This document shows positions 9,142 to 18,947 of a DNA stretch of 37,725 bases, piece after piece; position 1 is the stretch's first letter; each line of letters opens with the position of its first letter. Source of the DNA: Spirochaetaceae bacterium (lineage in GTDB: Bacteria > Actinomycetota > Actinomycetes > JACCUZ01); assembly GCA_026786145.1 (NCBI GenBank), contig JAJAYQ010000214.1, positions 1-37,725 of the forward strand, written 5' to 3'. A program made the translations under genes and the position numbers. The notes below the pieces were generated by a model that was not told the DNA's origin, made no database searches, and saw only the letters and a program-made list of their open reading frames with translations.

Positions 9142-9774
9142 ATGACCTTCCTCGAGGTATCGGATGAGATAATTCCGCTCGTGGCCCCCCTGCGACGGAC
9201 TCTGCGGCCGTCTGTCCTCAGCGACGAGCAGGCCTCCGTCGACGAACTGCTGAACAGGGTCGCACGCGGCGACGGCCCCGCCTTCGAGCTCCTCTACGAC
9301 CGGGTCGCCAACTCCGTCTACGGCGTGATCCGGCGCGTCCTGCGGGACCCCGCCCAGTCCGAGGAGGTCACGCAGGAGGTCCTCATCGAGGTGTGGCGCT
9401 TTGCGACCCGCTTCGACTCCGAGCGAGGCAGCGCGACGACATGGATCCACACGATGGCCCATCGGCGTGCCATCGACCGGGTGCGATCCGCCCAGGCTTC
9501 CCACGACCGCGACGAGAAGGTCGCCAGGCGCGACCAGGTCACGGCGTACGACGAGGTCGCCGAGCGCGTCGAGGCCCGGCTGGAGCAGCAGCACGTCCGG
9601 CGCTGCCTCGAGCACCTCACGGACCTGCAACGCGAGTCGGTCACCCTGGCCTACTACGGGGGCTACACCTACCGGGAGGTCGCCGAGATCCTCGATATCC
9701 CGTTGGGCACCGTGAAGACGCGGATGCGCGACGGACTCATCCGGTTGCGCGACTGTCTGGGGGTGACCTCATGA
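9142..9774 (+). CDS. sigK: ECF (group 4) RNA polymerase sigma factor, SigK-like
   Basis: 210 aa from ATG 9142 (GGGAGG 8 nt upstream). Region 2 reads EEVTQEVLIEVWRFATRFD...WIHTMAHRRAIDRVR. Region 4 HTH reads QRESVTLAYYGGYTYREVAEILDIPLGTVKTRMRDGL. ATGA overlap with the anti-sigma gene. The SigK assignment rests on the RskA-type partner. Confidence 0.8.
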   Translation: MTFLEVSDEIIPLVAPLRRTLRPSVLSDEQASVDELLNRVARGDGPAFELLYDRVANSVYGVIRRVLRDPAQSEEVTQEVLIEVWRFATRFDSERGSATTWIHTMAHRRAIDRVRSAQASHDRDEKVARRDQVTAYDEVAERVEARLEQQHVRRCLEHLTDLQRESVTLAYYGGYTYREVAEILDIPLGTVKTRMRDGLIRLRDCLGVTS

Positions 9775-10490
9775 CCGAGCCCGACCCGCACACCCTCACC
9801 GGCGTCTACGCTCTCGATGCCCTGGACAGCGCCGAGCAGGCTCGGTTCGACGAGCACCTGCGAGGGTGCGCGGCCTGTCGGGCGGAGGTCGCCGAGCTCA
9901 CCGAGACGGCCTCACAACTTGCAAGTGCCGCAGCACTGCCCGTCTCGCCGGATGTTCGCGCGGGAGTGCTCGCGGCGGTGGAGCACGTCCGCCAGGTCTC
10001 GCCCTTCCCTGCCACCGCGGACCTCGACGCGAGGCGGTCCCGACGCTGGTACCAGCAGCCGGCCTCAATCGCAGCAGCCTTGATGCTCGTTGTCTCCGGC
10101 GGGCTGGGAGCCCTCGCGCTCGACGAGCGCCAGCAGGCCCGCGTCGCTGAGCAGCGAGCCGCCCGGGTGACCGCAGTGGCCACCGACCCCGACCGGCTGG
10201 AGCTCAGCGTCCCGGTCTCGACCGGGGGTTACGGCACGGTTGTCGCGTCCGGTGGGTCGGCGCTGTTCCGGACCAGTGACGTCAAGACGCTGCCCGACTA
10301 TCAGGTCTACCAGCTCTGGATCCTGCGCAGCGGGAGCCCTCAGTCGGCCGGACTCCTCGGCCGCGGCGGAGTGCTCGAGGCGTTCGTCGACGGTGTACGC
10401 CCTACCGATGCGCTCGGCCTGACGATCGAGCCCGAGGGCGGTTCCGTCCGTCCGACAGGGAGTCTGGTGCTCCGCGTCGACATGGCCTGA
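9771..10490 (+). CDS. rskA: anti-sigma-K factor RskA-like (single-pass membrane anti-sigma)
   Basis: 239 aa from ATG 9771. The N-terminal anti-sigma domain is LTGVYALDALDSAEQARFDEHLRGCAACRAEVAEL. One TM helix is present (ASIAAALMLVVSGGLGALAL). The C-terminal RskA-type domain contains YQVYQLWILRSGSPQSAGLL...LGLTIEPEGGS. Confidence 0.8.
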   Translation: MTEPDPHTLTGVYALDALDSAEQARFDEHLRGCAACRAEVAELTETASQLASAAALPVSPDVRAGVLAAVEHVRQVSPFPATADLDARRSRRWYQQPASIAAALMLVVSGGLGALALDERQQARVAEQRAARVTAVATDPDRLELSVPVSTGGYGTVVASGGSALFRTSDVKTLPDYQVYQLWILRSGSPQSAGLLGRGGVLEAFVDGVRPTDALGLTIEPEGGSVRPTGSLVLRVDMA

Positions 10491-11263
10491 GGTCGGCTCC
10501 GCCACCGGGTGATCGGAGCCGGACCGTACGGAGTGGGGACCACCGCTATCGCGAGTCCCAGCAGGAGTGCAGCGGCGATGGCGTCTACCCAGTAGTGGTT
10601 GGCCGTGGCCACCACCACGGCCACGGTCACGGAAGGATGCAGCACCATCAGCCACCGGCCGCGCCCCGGCAGGGTCCGGACGACCACGAAGGCGATCAGG
10701 AGAGCCCAGCCGACGTGCAGGCTCGGCATCGCAGCGAACTGGTTCGCCAACGGGGCGGTGCTGCCGTCGTAGGCCGACGGCCCGAATACGGCCATCGTGT
10801 CCAGGAATCCGAGGCTGAAGAGCATTCTCGGCGGGGCGAGTGGCATGAGCACGTGCACGACGAGCGCGAGCGCTGTCAGCAAGGTGATCAACCGACGCGC
10901 GTAGCGGTACTCCGCCGCAGGACGCTTCCACCACCCCCAGGCCAGGAAGCCGAGGGTGATCGGGAAATGGACCGTCACGTAGTACCAGTTCGCCGCCTTG
11001 AGCAGGTCCGGCCACTGCAACGCCCACTGCTGCAGGATCTCCTCGTCGGGAAGGCGCAATGCGCGCTCGACGTCCCACACCCACCAGGCGTTGCTCAGGG
11101 CGACGTCGTCGTGGCCGGCGATGACGAGGCGGGCGAGGCGGTAGACCACGAAGAGACCCAGGATCAGGACGACCTCGCGCGCGAGTGACGGCCGGGACCG
11201 ACCCGTGTCGGAGTCCTCGCCAGCCCTGGGCTCCGCACTCACCTCGATCCCCGCGCACCGCAC
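10340..11263 (-). CDS. PAP2 superfamily membrane protein (PAP2_3 / inositol-phosphorylceramide-synthase-like)
   Basis: 307-aa ORF from GTG 11263; GTG 11242 is an alternative start. It has several hydrophobic helices. Motifs include FAAMPSLHVGWALL and ATANHYWVDAIAA. The last ~50 codons are low-complexity and lie antisense to the rskA 3' end. Confidence 0.7.
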   Translation of the reverse strand: MRCAGIEVSAEPRAGEDSDTGRSRPSLAREVVLILGLFVVYRLARLVIAGHDDVALSNAWWVWDVERALRLPDEEILQQWALQWPDLLKAANWYYVTVHFPITLGFLAWGWWKRPAAEYRYARRLITLLTALALVVHVLMPLAPPRMLFSLGFLDTMAVFGPSAYDGSTAPLANQFAAMPSLHVGWALLIAFVVVRTLPGRGRWLMVLHPSVTVAVVVATANHYWVDAIAAALLLGLAIAVVPTPYGPAPITRWRSRPQAMSTRSTRLPVGRTEPPSGSIVRPSASVGRTPSTNASSTPPRPRSPAD

Positions 11264-11359
11264 CCGTCAAGGGTGCCATGAACGACCCCATCCTGCCCGT
11301 CAATCTCGTGGCAGCCCGAGCGGCGGGTGAAAATGGTCTGCAGGCAACCCGGGTATCCC

Positions 11360-12424
11360 TCAGGCCAGGAGGTCGACCGCAGCGGCGAAGCCCGCGGGCA
11401 GGCGGGCGGCAACCGGCACCAGCAGCGAGCGCGGTCGTTCGTGGCGTGTCAGGGCGAGCAGCCCGGTGGTCAGCATCCGGGACCGGCGCGTCTCGCGGGC
11501 CCAGGCCGGCCCGTAACGCTGGGGCTGCCCGGCAGCCAGCGAGTGGACCGCCGCGCGCGCGGACGCGAATCCGGTCGCCAGCCCTTCCCCGGTCAACGCG
11601 TCGACATAGCCGGCGGCGTCTCCCACCAGGAGCACCCGGCCCTGCCGAACCGACGTGACCCGCTGGCGAAGGGGGCCGGCCCCCCTGACGTCGGTGACCG
11701 GTGCCGCGCCGCGCAACCGCGCCAACAGGGCCGGGAAGGCCTGCAGCGCCTCGTCGTACGCCGTTCCGGCCCGCGTCAGGACGGCGACCCCGACGAGGTC
11801 GTCGGCGATAGGGGTCGCGTACGCCTCGGCCTGCGGAGACCAGTGCACCTCGACGTAGTCGCTCCAGGGTGCGACCGAGAAATGTCGACGCAGGCCGTAC
11901 CTGGCCGTTCCTCGCCGGCTCTCCTCGATGCCCTGCAGGCCCAGGCCACGGCGTACGCCCGAGTGCAGACCGTCGGCGGCTATCAGCCAGCGCGCGGACC
12001 GGCCGGCGGCGGTCACGACCTCGCGGCCCTGGTCCACGGTGCGCACCTGGGCCCGGAGCCGCTCGACACCCAGCTCGTCGGCGCGGCGGGACAGGGCCGC
12101 CTGCAGGCTGGTGCGACGGACCCCTCGGCCCGGGCCTGCCCGGAAGCGTGCCTGAGCCTCGCGCCGGCCGTCGAGGTACCGGATGCCGACGAAGGGACGT
12201 CCCGGCACTTCCACCCCGAGGGCGGCCAGGCTGCGCAGGGCACTGGGCATCAGCCCTTCGCCGCAGGCCTTGTCGATGGGCCCGTCCCGAGGCTCCACCA
12301 CGGCGACCGACAGGTGCTGCAGCCGGGCCTCGATGGCGCTCGCGAGACCGACCGGGCCCCCGCCGACGACCAGGACATCGAGAACATCGAGAACATCCGG
12401 TGACTGGAGGGGGTCGAGGCTCAA
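11360..12424 (-). CDS. FAD-dependent oxidoreductase (geranylgeranyl-reductase / aromatic-ring hydroxylase family)
   Basis: Dinucleotide-binding motif DVLVVGGGPVGLASA, plus ACGEGL and the later VLLVGDAAGYVDALTGEGL motif. The start is uncertain: TTG 12424 (TTGA overlap with the upstream stop) or GTG 12493. The 693-aa track ORF is a stop-free read-through across the two upstream genes. Confidence 0.75.
   Translation of the reverse strand: MSLDPLQSPDVLDVLDVLVVGGGPVGLASAIEARLQHLSVAVVEPRDGPIDKACGEGLMPSALRSLAALGVEVPGRPFVGIRYLDGRREAQARFRAGPGRGVRRTSLQAALSRRADELGVERLRAQVRTVDQGREVVTAAGRSARWLIAADGLHSGVRRGLGLQGIEESRRGTARYGLRRHFSVAPWSDYVEVHWSPQAEAYATPIADDLVGVAVLTRAGTAYDEALQAFPALLARLRGAAPVTDVRGAGPLRQRVTSVRQGRVLLVGDAAGYVDALTGEGLATGFASARAAVHSLAAGQPQRYGPAWARETRRSRMLTTGLLALTRHERPRSLLVPVAARLPAGFAAAVDLLA
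12375..12397. repeat. 9-nt tandem repeat ACATCGAGA x2.5
   Basis: acatcgaga acatcgaga acatc. It encodes DVLDVLDV at the N-terminus of the FAD oxidoreductase, directly before GGGPVG. Confidence 0.8.
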
Positions 12425-12978
12425 GGTGACATCCGGGATGACATCCGGGGTGACATCCCGGGCACGAGGTCGCGCAGGGCCTTCTCCTCGCACCGGATGC
12501 GGGTCCTGAGCAGGGCGGCGTTGGCCACGGTGAACACCAGCGCCGTCACCCACGCGCCGTGGACGAGCGGCAGGGCGACACCTTCCACCACCACGGCGAG
12601 GTAGTTGGGGTGGCGCAACCACCGGTAGGGCCCGACACTCACGAGCCCTGCACCGGGCAAGACCACGATCCGGGTGTTCCACTGATGGCCGAGGGTGGAG
12701 ATGCACCACCAGCGGAGTGCTTGGGCGCCGACGACCAGCACGAGCATCGGCCACCCGAGCCAGTGCTGGAACGGGCGGTCGGCGACCAGCACCTCGACCA
12801 GAGCGCCGACGAGCAGGCCCATGTGCAGCGCCACCATCACCGGGTAGTGGCCGAACCCCCGCTCCACGGCTCCCTCGGCCTTGGCCGCACGGATGTTGCG
12901 GGCGCTCACCACCAGCTCGGCCAGCCGCTCCAGCCCGACCGCACCGACGAGCGCGGCGTAGAGGGCCACGCTGGTCAC
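12421..12978 (-). CDS. isoprenylcysteine carboxyl methyltransferase (ICMT/PEMT) family membrane methyltransferase
   Basis: 185 aa from GTG 12978, which overlaps the PKS stop as GTGA; GTG 12981 is also possible. The protein is hydrophobic. The C-terminal ICMT-like block is GPYRWLRHPNYLAVVVEGVALPLVHGAW. The C-terminal tail MSPRMSSRMSP is encoded by a 12-nt tandem repeat. Confidence 0.75.
   Translation of the reverse strand: MTSVALYAALVGAVGLERLAELVVSARNIRAAKAEGAVERGFGHYPVMVALHMGLLVGALVEVLVADRPFQHWLGWPMLVLVVGAQALRWWCISTLGHQWNTRIVVLPGAGLVSVGPYRWLRHPNYLAVVVEGVALPLVHGAWVTALVFTVANAALLRTRIRCEEKALRDLVPGMSPRMSSRMSP
12426..12461. repeat. three tandem copies of a 12-nt unit (G/A)TGACATCC(C)GG at the ICMT / FAD-oxidoreductase gene junction
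   Basis: gtgacatccggg / atgacatccggg / gtgacatcccgg. A fourth ACATCCGG lies at 12393-12400. Confidence 0.8.
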
Positions 12979-14042
12979 CACCGGAGGAGCACCAGCTCTG
13001 AGCAGAAGCCGGGACCCATCGCGAGGAGCAGGCCGTGGGACCCGGGTTCGGGTGGCGGCGCCTGCAGGGTGTCGTCCAGCACATGGAGCACAGAGGCTGA
13101 GGAGAGGTTCCCCACCTGAGCCAGCGACTGCCACGTACGGGCCAGCGCGTCCGCCGGCAGGCCGAGGGTCCGGGCCATCGCGTGCAGGACCTTGGGACCC
13201 CCCGGATGGGCGACCCAGGTGTCGATGTCGTCGATCTTGAGGTCGTGGTCACCGAGGAAGGCGGTGACGTCGTGACCAAGATGCTCCTCGACGACTTCCG
13301 CGACGCTCGCCGAAAGGACGATCCGGAAGCCGCTGCCGCCGATGTCCCACCCCATGACGCGCTCGGTGCCGGGATAGAACCGGCTCCGCGTGGCGACCAC
13401 CGCGGGGGCCGACGGCCGGCCCAGTCCCGCTGCCCGGGCATCGCCGACGACGACGACCGCCGCGGCGCCGTCGCCGAACAAGCCGCTCCCCACCAGGTTG
13501 GCCATGCTCGCGTCGTCGCGCTGGATCGTCAGTGAACAGAGCTCGACGGAGAGCAGGACGGCCACCGCGTCGGGGTCCCCCGAGATCATGTCGTGGACCC
13601 GCGCGATGCCGGCGGCTCCCGCGACGCAGCCGAGCCCGAAGACCGGCACCCGCTTGACGTCCGGGCGCAGACCCAGTCGAGGAACCAGCCTCGCGTCCAG
13701 GCTGGGCGCCGCGACCCCGGTGACCGAGGTCGTCATGATCACGTCGACGTCGACGGGGTCGAGCCCGCTAGCGACCAGGGCGGCGCTGACGGCCCGCTCA
13801 CCGAGCTCGGTGCCGACCTCGATGAAAGCGTCGTTGGAGGCGCCGAAGCCGTCAAGGCCCGCGTACGCCTCCAGTGGGAGCGCCAGGTGCCTGAACTGCA
13901 CTTCCGTCGCCTCGTGGAGCCGGTCCAGGACCCGTCGGTCGCCACCCTCGCCCAGCACGACCTGCGCAAAGGCGTCGGTGAGGGTTCGCTGGGGGTATCG
14001 GTGGGGCGGCAGCGCCGTCCCGGTCCCGACGATCCGGCTCAC
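12975..14042 (-). CDS. type III polyketide synthase (chalcone/stilbene synthase superfamily)
   Basis: 355 aa from GTG 14042 (VSRIVGTGTALPPHRY...). Catalytic triad contexts are present: FGLGCVAGAAG (Cys), WVAHPGGPKV (His), VGNLSSASV (Asn). The upstream part of the 479-aa track ORF has no in-frame start near an RBS. Confidence 0.85.
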   Translation of the reverse strand: MSRIVGTGTALPPHRYPQRTLTDAFAQVVLGEGGDRRVLDRLHEATEVQFRHLALPLEAYAGLDGFGASNDAFIEVGTELGERAVSAALVASGLDPVDVDVIMTTSVTGVAAPSLDARLVPRLGLRPDVKRVPVFGLGCVAGAAGIARVHDMISGDPDAVAVLLSVELCSLTIQRDDASMANLVGSGLFGDGAAAVVVVGDARAAGLGRPSAPAVVATRSRFYPGTERVMGWDIGGSGFRIVLSASVAEVVEEHLGHDVTAFLGDHDLKIDDIDTWVAHPGGPKVLHAMARTLGLPADALARTWQSLAQVGNLSSASVLHVLDDTLQAPPPEPGSHGLLLAMGPGFCSELVLLRW

Positions 14043-14068
14043 CGGCGACCCCGTCCGGTGTGCTTCAT
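14039..14068 (-). CDS. candidate 9-codon upstream ORF (MKHTGRGRR) coupled to the PKS start
   Basis: GGAGG at 14077-14081, then 8 nt, then ATG 14068. The TGA stop (14039-14041) overlaps the PKS GTG (14040-14042) as GTGA. Hypothetical. Confidence 0.3.
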   Translation of the reverse strand: MKHTGRGRR

Positions 14069-14246
14069 CAGCCTGACCTCCTAGCCCTTGGTCGTCCGTT
14101 GGGACGATTTCCCTGTCAGGGGCGGCGAGCCGGTTCAGTCCGACGTCCGAGTGCCCGAGACTACGTGAGACAGTTCGGTGATCCCGGACGATGCCGACAG
14201 GCGGTCGCCCAGGAAACTCACCACCGCTCGACGAAAGCCGCCCGAC

Positions 14247-14447
14247 ATGTGTCCCCACCAGTCGAAGTGCCCCACCGCGGATGCCCCTGACCGCGAGGCC
14301 GCGCACACCATCGCGAGCCACCCCGAGCAGGGCTGGAGCCTGTTGTGCAACGGCATCGTGCTCTTCGAGGACACCGGTGAGCTGCTGCCCGACGGCCGCG
14401 TGATCGCCCCGCACCGCCCCACGGACCGGATCCCCGCCGCGGCCTGA
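14247..14447 (+). CDS. small conserved actinobacterial protein (DUF5999-like)
   Basis: 66 aa from ATG 14247: MCPHQSKCPTADAPDREAAHTIASHPEQGWSLLCNGIVLFEDTGELLPDGRVIAPHRP... I recognise it from recall as the small protein commonly found beside gcvP in Actinomycetota. Confidence 0.6.
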   Translation: MCPHQSKCPTADAPDREAAHTIASHPEQGWSLLCNGIVLFEDTGELLPDGRVIAPHRPTDRIPAAA

Positions 14448-14462
14448 GCCGCCACGCTCCCG

Positions 14463-17351
<2,889 letters not shown>

Positions 17352-17546
17352 CGGAGGCCTCCGGGGTTGCGGCACGGACGGCTCGCGCGCCGTCCGGTCC
17401 CCCTCTGTCGCAGGGCGCTCCAGAGCTGCCTCGTCCGCGTGGTCCGGGTGCCTGAGAGGTTCCGGGGAGTTGCCCCTTCGGCGCCCCGTCACATGCAACG
17501 TCACAGTTCGACAGTGCGTGCGACGGGATCTCTCCCACGCGGGATC
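17352..17546 (-). promoter_or_regulatory. glycine riboswitch (one full aptamer plus a short ghost-aptamer-like hairpin) in the gcvP leader
   Basis: Minus-strand RNA: P1 CCGCGU (17537-17542) pairs with ACGCGG (17435-17440). Conserved cores are GGGAGAG, GGCGCCGAAGGGGCAA and CUCUCAGGCACCCGGACC. A CUCUG-N13-CAGAG hairpin follows (17403-17425). A CGGACGG-N8-CCGUCCG hairpin (17375-17396) lies upstream of the GGAGG RBS. Confidence 0.75.
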
Positions 17547-17558
17547 GTGAGCCCCGCC

Positions 17559-17564
17559 AGTCTA
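17559..17564 (-). promoter_or_regulatory. candidate -10 element (TAGACT) for the gcvP riboswitch transcript
   Basis: A TANNNT hexamer lies immediately after the MerR stop codon and about 15 nt upstream of the riboswitch P1. No convincing -35 element. Confidence 0.3.
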
Positions 17565-17569
17565 ACCCG

Positions 17570-18220
17570 TCAGCCGGTACGCCGGGCGCGCCGGCGCGCG
17601 GAGAGCTCGTCCGAGGCCGCTCCCAGCGGGGGGGACTGGTCGGACCCGTCGGTGGCCACATCAACACCGGTGCGCTCACCGGGCATCTCGGCGAGGGAGC
17701 CCTCGACCTCCCGCCACACCCGGCCGACGGCGATGCCGAAAACGCCCTGCCCGCCCTGCACGAGGTCCACCACCTCGTCGGCGGAGGTGCACTCGTAAAC
17801 GCTGGCCCCGTCGCTCATCAGGGTGATCTGGGCGAGGTCGTCGACGCCCCGCTCCCGCAGGTGCGCGACCGCGGTCCGGATGTTCTGCAAGGAGACGCCG
17901 GTGTCGAGCAATCGTTTGACGACCTTGAGCACGAGGATGTCCCGGAAGCCGTAGAGCCGCTGGCTGCCGGAGCCGTGGGCGGGGCGGATGCCGGGTTCGA
18001 CGAGCCCGGTCCTGGCCCAGTAGTCGAGCTGTCGGTAGGTGATGCCGGCGGCCGCGCACGCTGTCGGCCCGCGGTAGCCCATGTCCTCTGGCAGGTCGGG
18101 CAGGTCGTCGGAGAACAGCAGCCCCTGGCGTCCGGCGCTGGCGCGCGCCCTCTCCTGAGCAGCCGCATCGGTGCCATCCGGGCGAGTGCCGCCTGTCGTG
18201 GGTCCACCCGAGCTGGTCAC
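17570..18220 (-). CDS. MerR family transcriptional regulator (Rv1830-like)
   Basis: 216 aa from GTG 18220 (GGAGG 6 nt upstream). The MerR HTH is YRGPTACAAAGITYRQLDYWARTGLVEP...SGSQRLYGFRDILVLKVVKRLLDTGVSLQNI. Confidence 0.85.
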   Translation of the reverse strand: MTSSGGPTTGGTRPDGTDAAAQERARASAGRQGLLFSDDLPDLPEDMGYRGPTACAAAGITYRQLDYWARTGLVEPGIRPAHGSGSQRLYGFRDILVLKVVKRLLDTGVSLQNIRTAVAHLRERGVDDLAQITLMSDGASVYECTSADEVVDLVQGGQGVFGIAVGRVWREVEGSLAEMPGERTGVDVATDGSDQSPPLGAASDELSARRRARRTG

Positions 18221-18326
18221 GCCGACCTCCGTCTCACGCCCCGGGGAAGGACCGTGGCGCCTCGTGGGGAGGATCTCTCCCGGGAGATGACATCGGTGGA
18301 GTTACAGCGGGGGCGTTCTGGTCCAG

Positions 18327-18355
18327 ACGGTACGCACCCGGGCGGGTGCGGTCAA
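18327..18355 (-). promoter_or_regulatory. candidate promoter with embedded palindrome upstream of the MerR gene
   Basis: Minus strand reads TTGACC - 17 nt - TACCGT. The spacer is filled by a perfect inverted repeat, CGCACCCG-CC-CGGGTGCG. Confidence 0.3.
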
Positions 18356-18429
18356 CGACTGCGCTCGCACTGCGCGCGGCGTGTTGAAGTCTCACCCTCC
18401 AGTAGAGGGTCACATGAGCGGGCGGTACG

Positions 18430-18924
18430 TCAGGTGGGGGGTGGCAGGCTGCCGAAGTCTTCGGGCGAGATCTCGTCGAGGAACTCCCGGAACTTCTCGA
18501 CCTCGTCCTCGGCCTCAGCCTCGTCGGGAATGTTGATACCGGCCTCGGCGAGGACCTCCTCGGCCCCGAAGATCGGGGTCGCTGTCCGCAGGGCGATCGC
18601 GATGGCGTCGGAGGGGCGGGCACTGACCTCCATCCCGCTGGCGAACACCATCTCGGCGTAGAAGACCCCGTCGCGCAGCGAGGTGATCCGCACCTGCGTG
18701 AGCTCCTCCCCCGCAGCCTCGAGCAGGTCGCGGATCAGGTCGTGGGTCAGCGGGCGGGGCGGGACGACACCCTGCTGGGCGAAGGCAATCGCGGTGGCCT
18801 CCCCCGCGCCGATCCAGATGGGCAGGTAGCGCTCGCCGCCCGACTCCTTCAGCAGCACGATCGGCTGGTTGGAAGGCATCTCGACCCGCACGCCCACCAC
18901 GTCGAGCTCGTTCACGCGACCCAC
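18430..18924 (-). CDS. bifunctional nuclease family protein (BFN/DUF151, Rv1829-like)
   Basis: 164 aa from GTG 18924 or GTG 18915. Motifs: VVGVRVEMPSNQPIVLLKE...RYLPIWIGAGEATAIA...RPLTHDLIRDLL. An acidic C-terminal tail is present. Confidence 0.8.
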   Translation of the reverse strand: MGRVNELDVVGVRVEMPSNQPIVLLKESGGERYLPIWIGAGEATAIAFAQQGVVPPRPLTHDLIRDLLEAAGEELTQVRITSLRDGVFYAEMVFASGMEVSARPSDAIAIALRTATPIFGAEEVLAEAGINIPDEAEAEDEVEKFREFLDEISPEDFGSLPPPT

Positions 18925-18947
18925 CCTACCCGCTCAGCACCATCTCC

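Noticed and set aside
11360-13441. 693-aa ORF that would fuse the FAD oxidoreductase to upstream sequence. Analogous N-terminal extensions occur in track ORFs 690..1880, 5668..9024, 12975..14414, 14463..17504, 21833..23623 and 22744..25560.
   Set aside because: The extended parts overlap well-supported genes in other frames and are low-complexity. Internal starts with an RBS, ATGA/GTGA coupling or homologue-like N-termini explain the real genes.
17352-17363. 12-nt palindrome CGGAGGCCTCCG covering the gcvP Shine-Dalgarno, considered as an SD-sequestering hairpin.
   Set aside because: GGAGG and CCUCC are directly adjacent with no loop nucleotides, so an intramolecular hairpin cannot form. It is probably coincidental.
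17397-17434. A second full glycine aptamer, as in the classic tandem riboswitch.
   Set aside because: Only CUCUGGAG and a closing CAGAG are present. The CGCCGAAGG and CUCAGGC..GGAC cores are missing, so I call it a singlet with a ghost-like hairpin.
18394-18410. Hairpin ACCCUC-UACUG-GAGGGU just downstream of the nuclease gene, considered as an intrinsic terminator.
   Set aside because: The stem has only 6 bp and no U-tract follows. It may still be a protein-binding palindrome, but the support is too weak to call.
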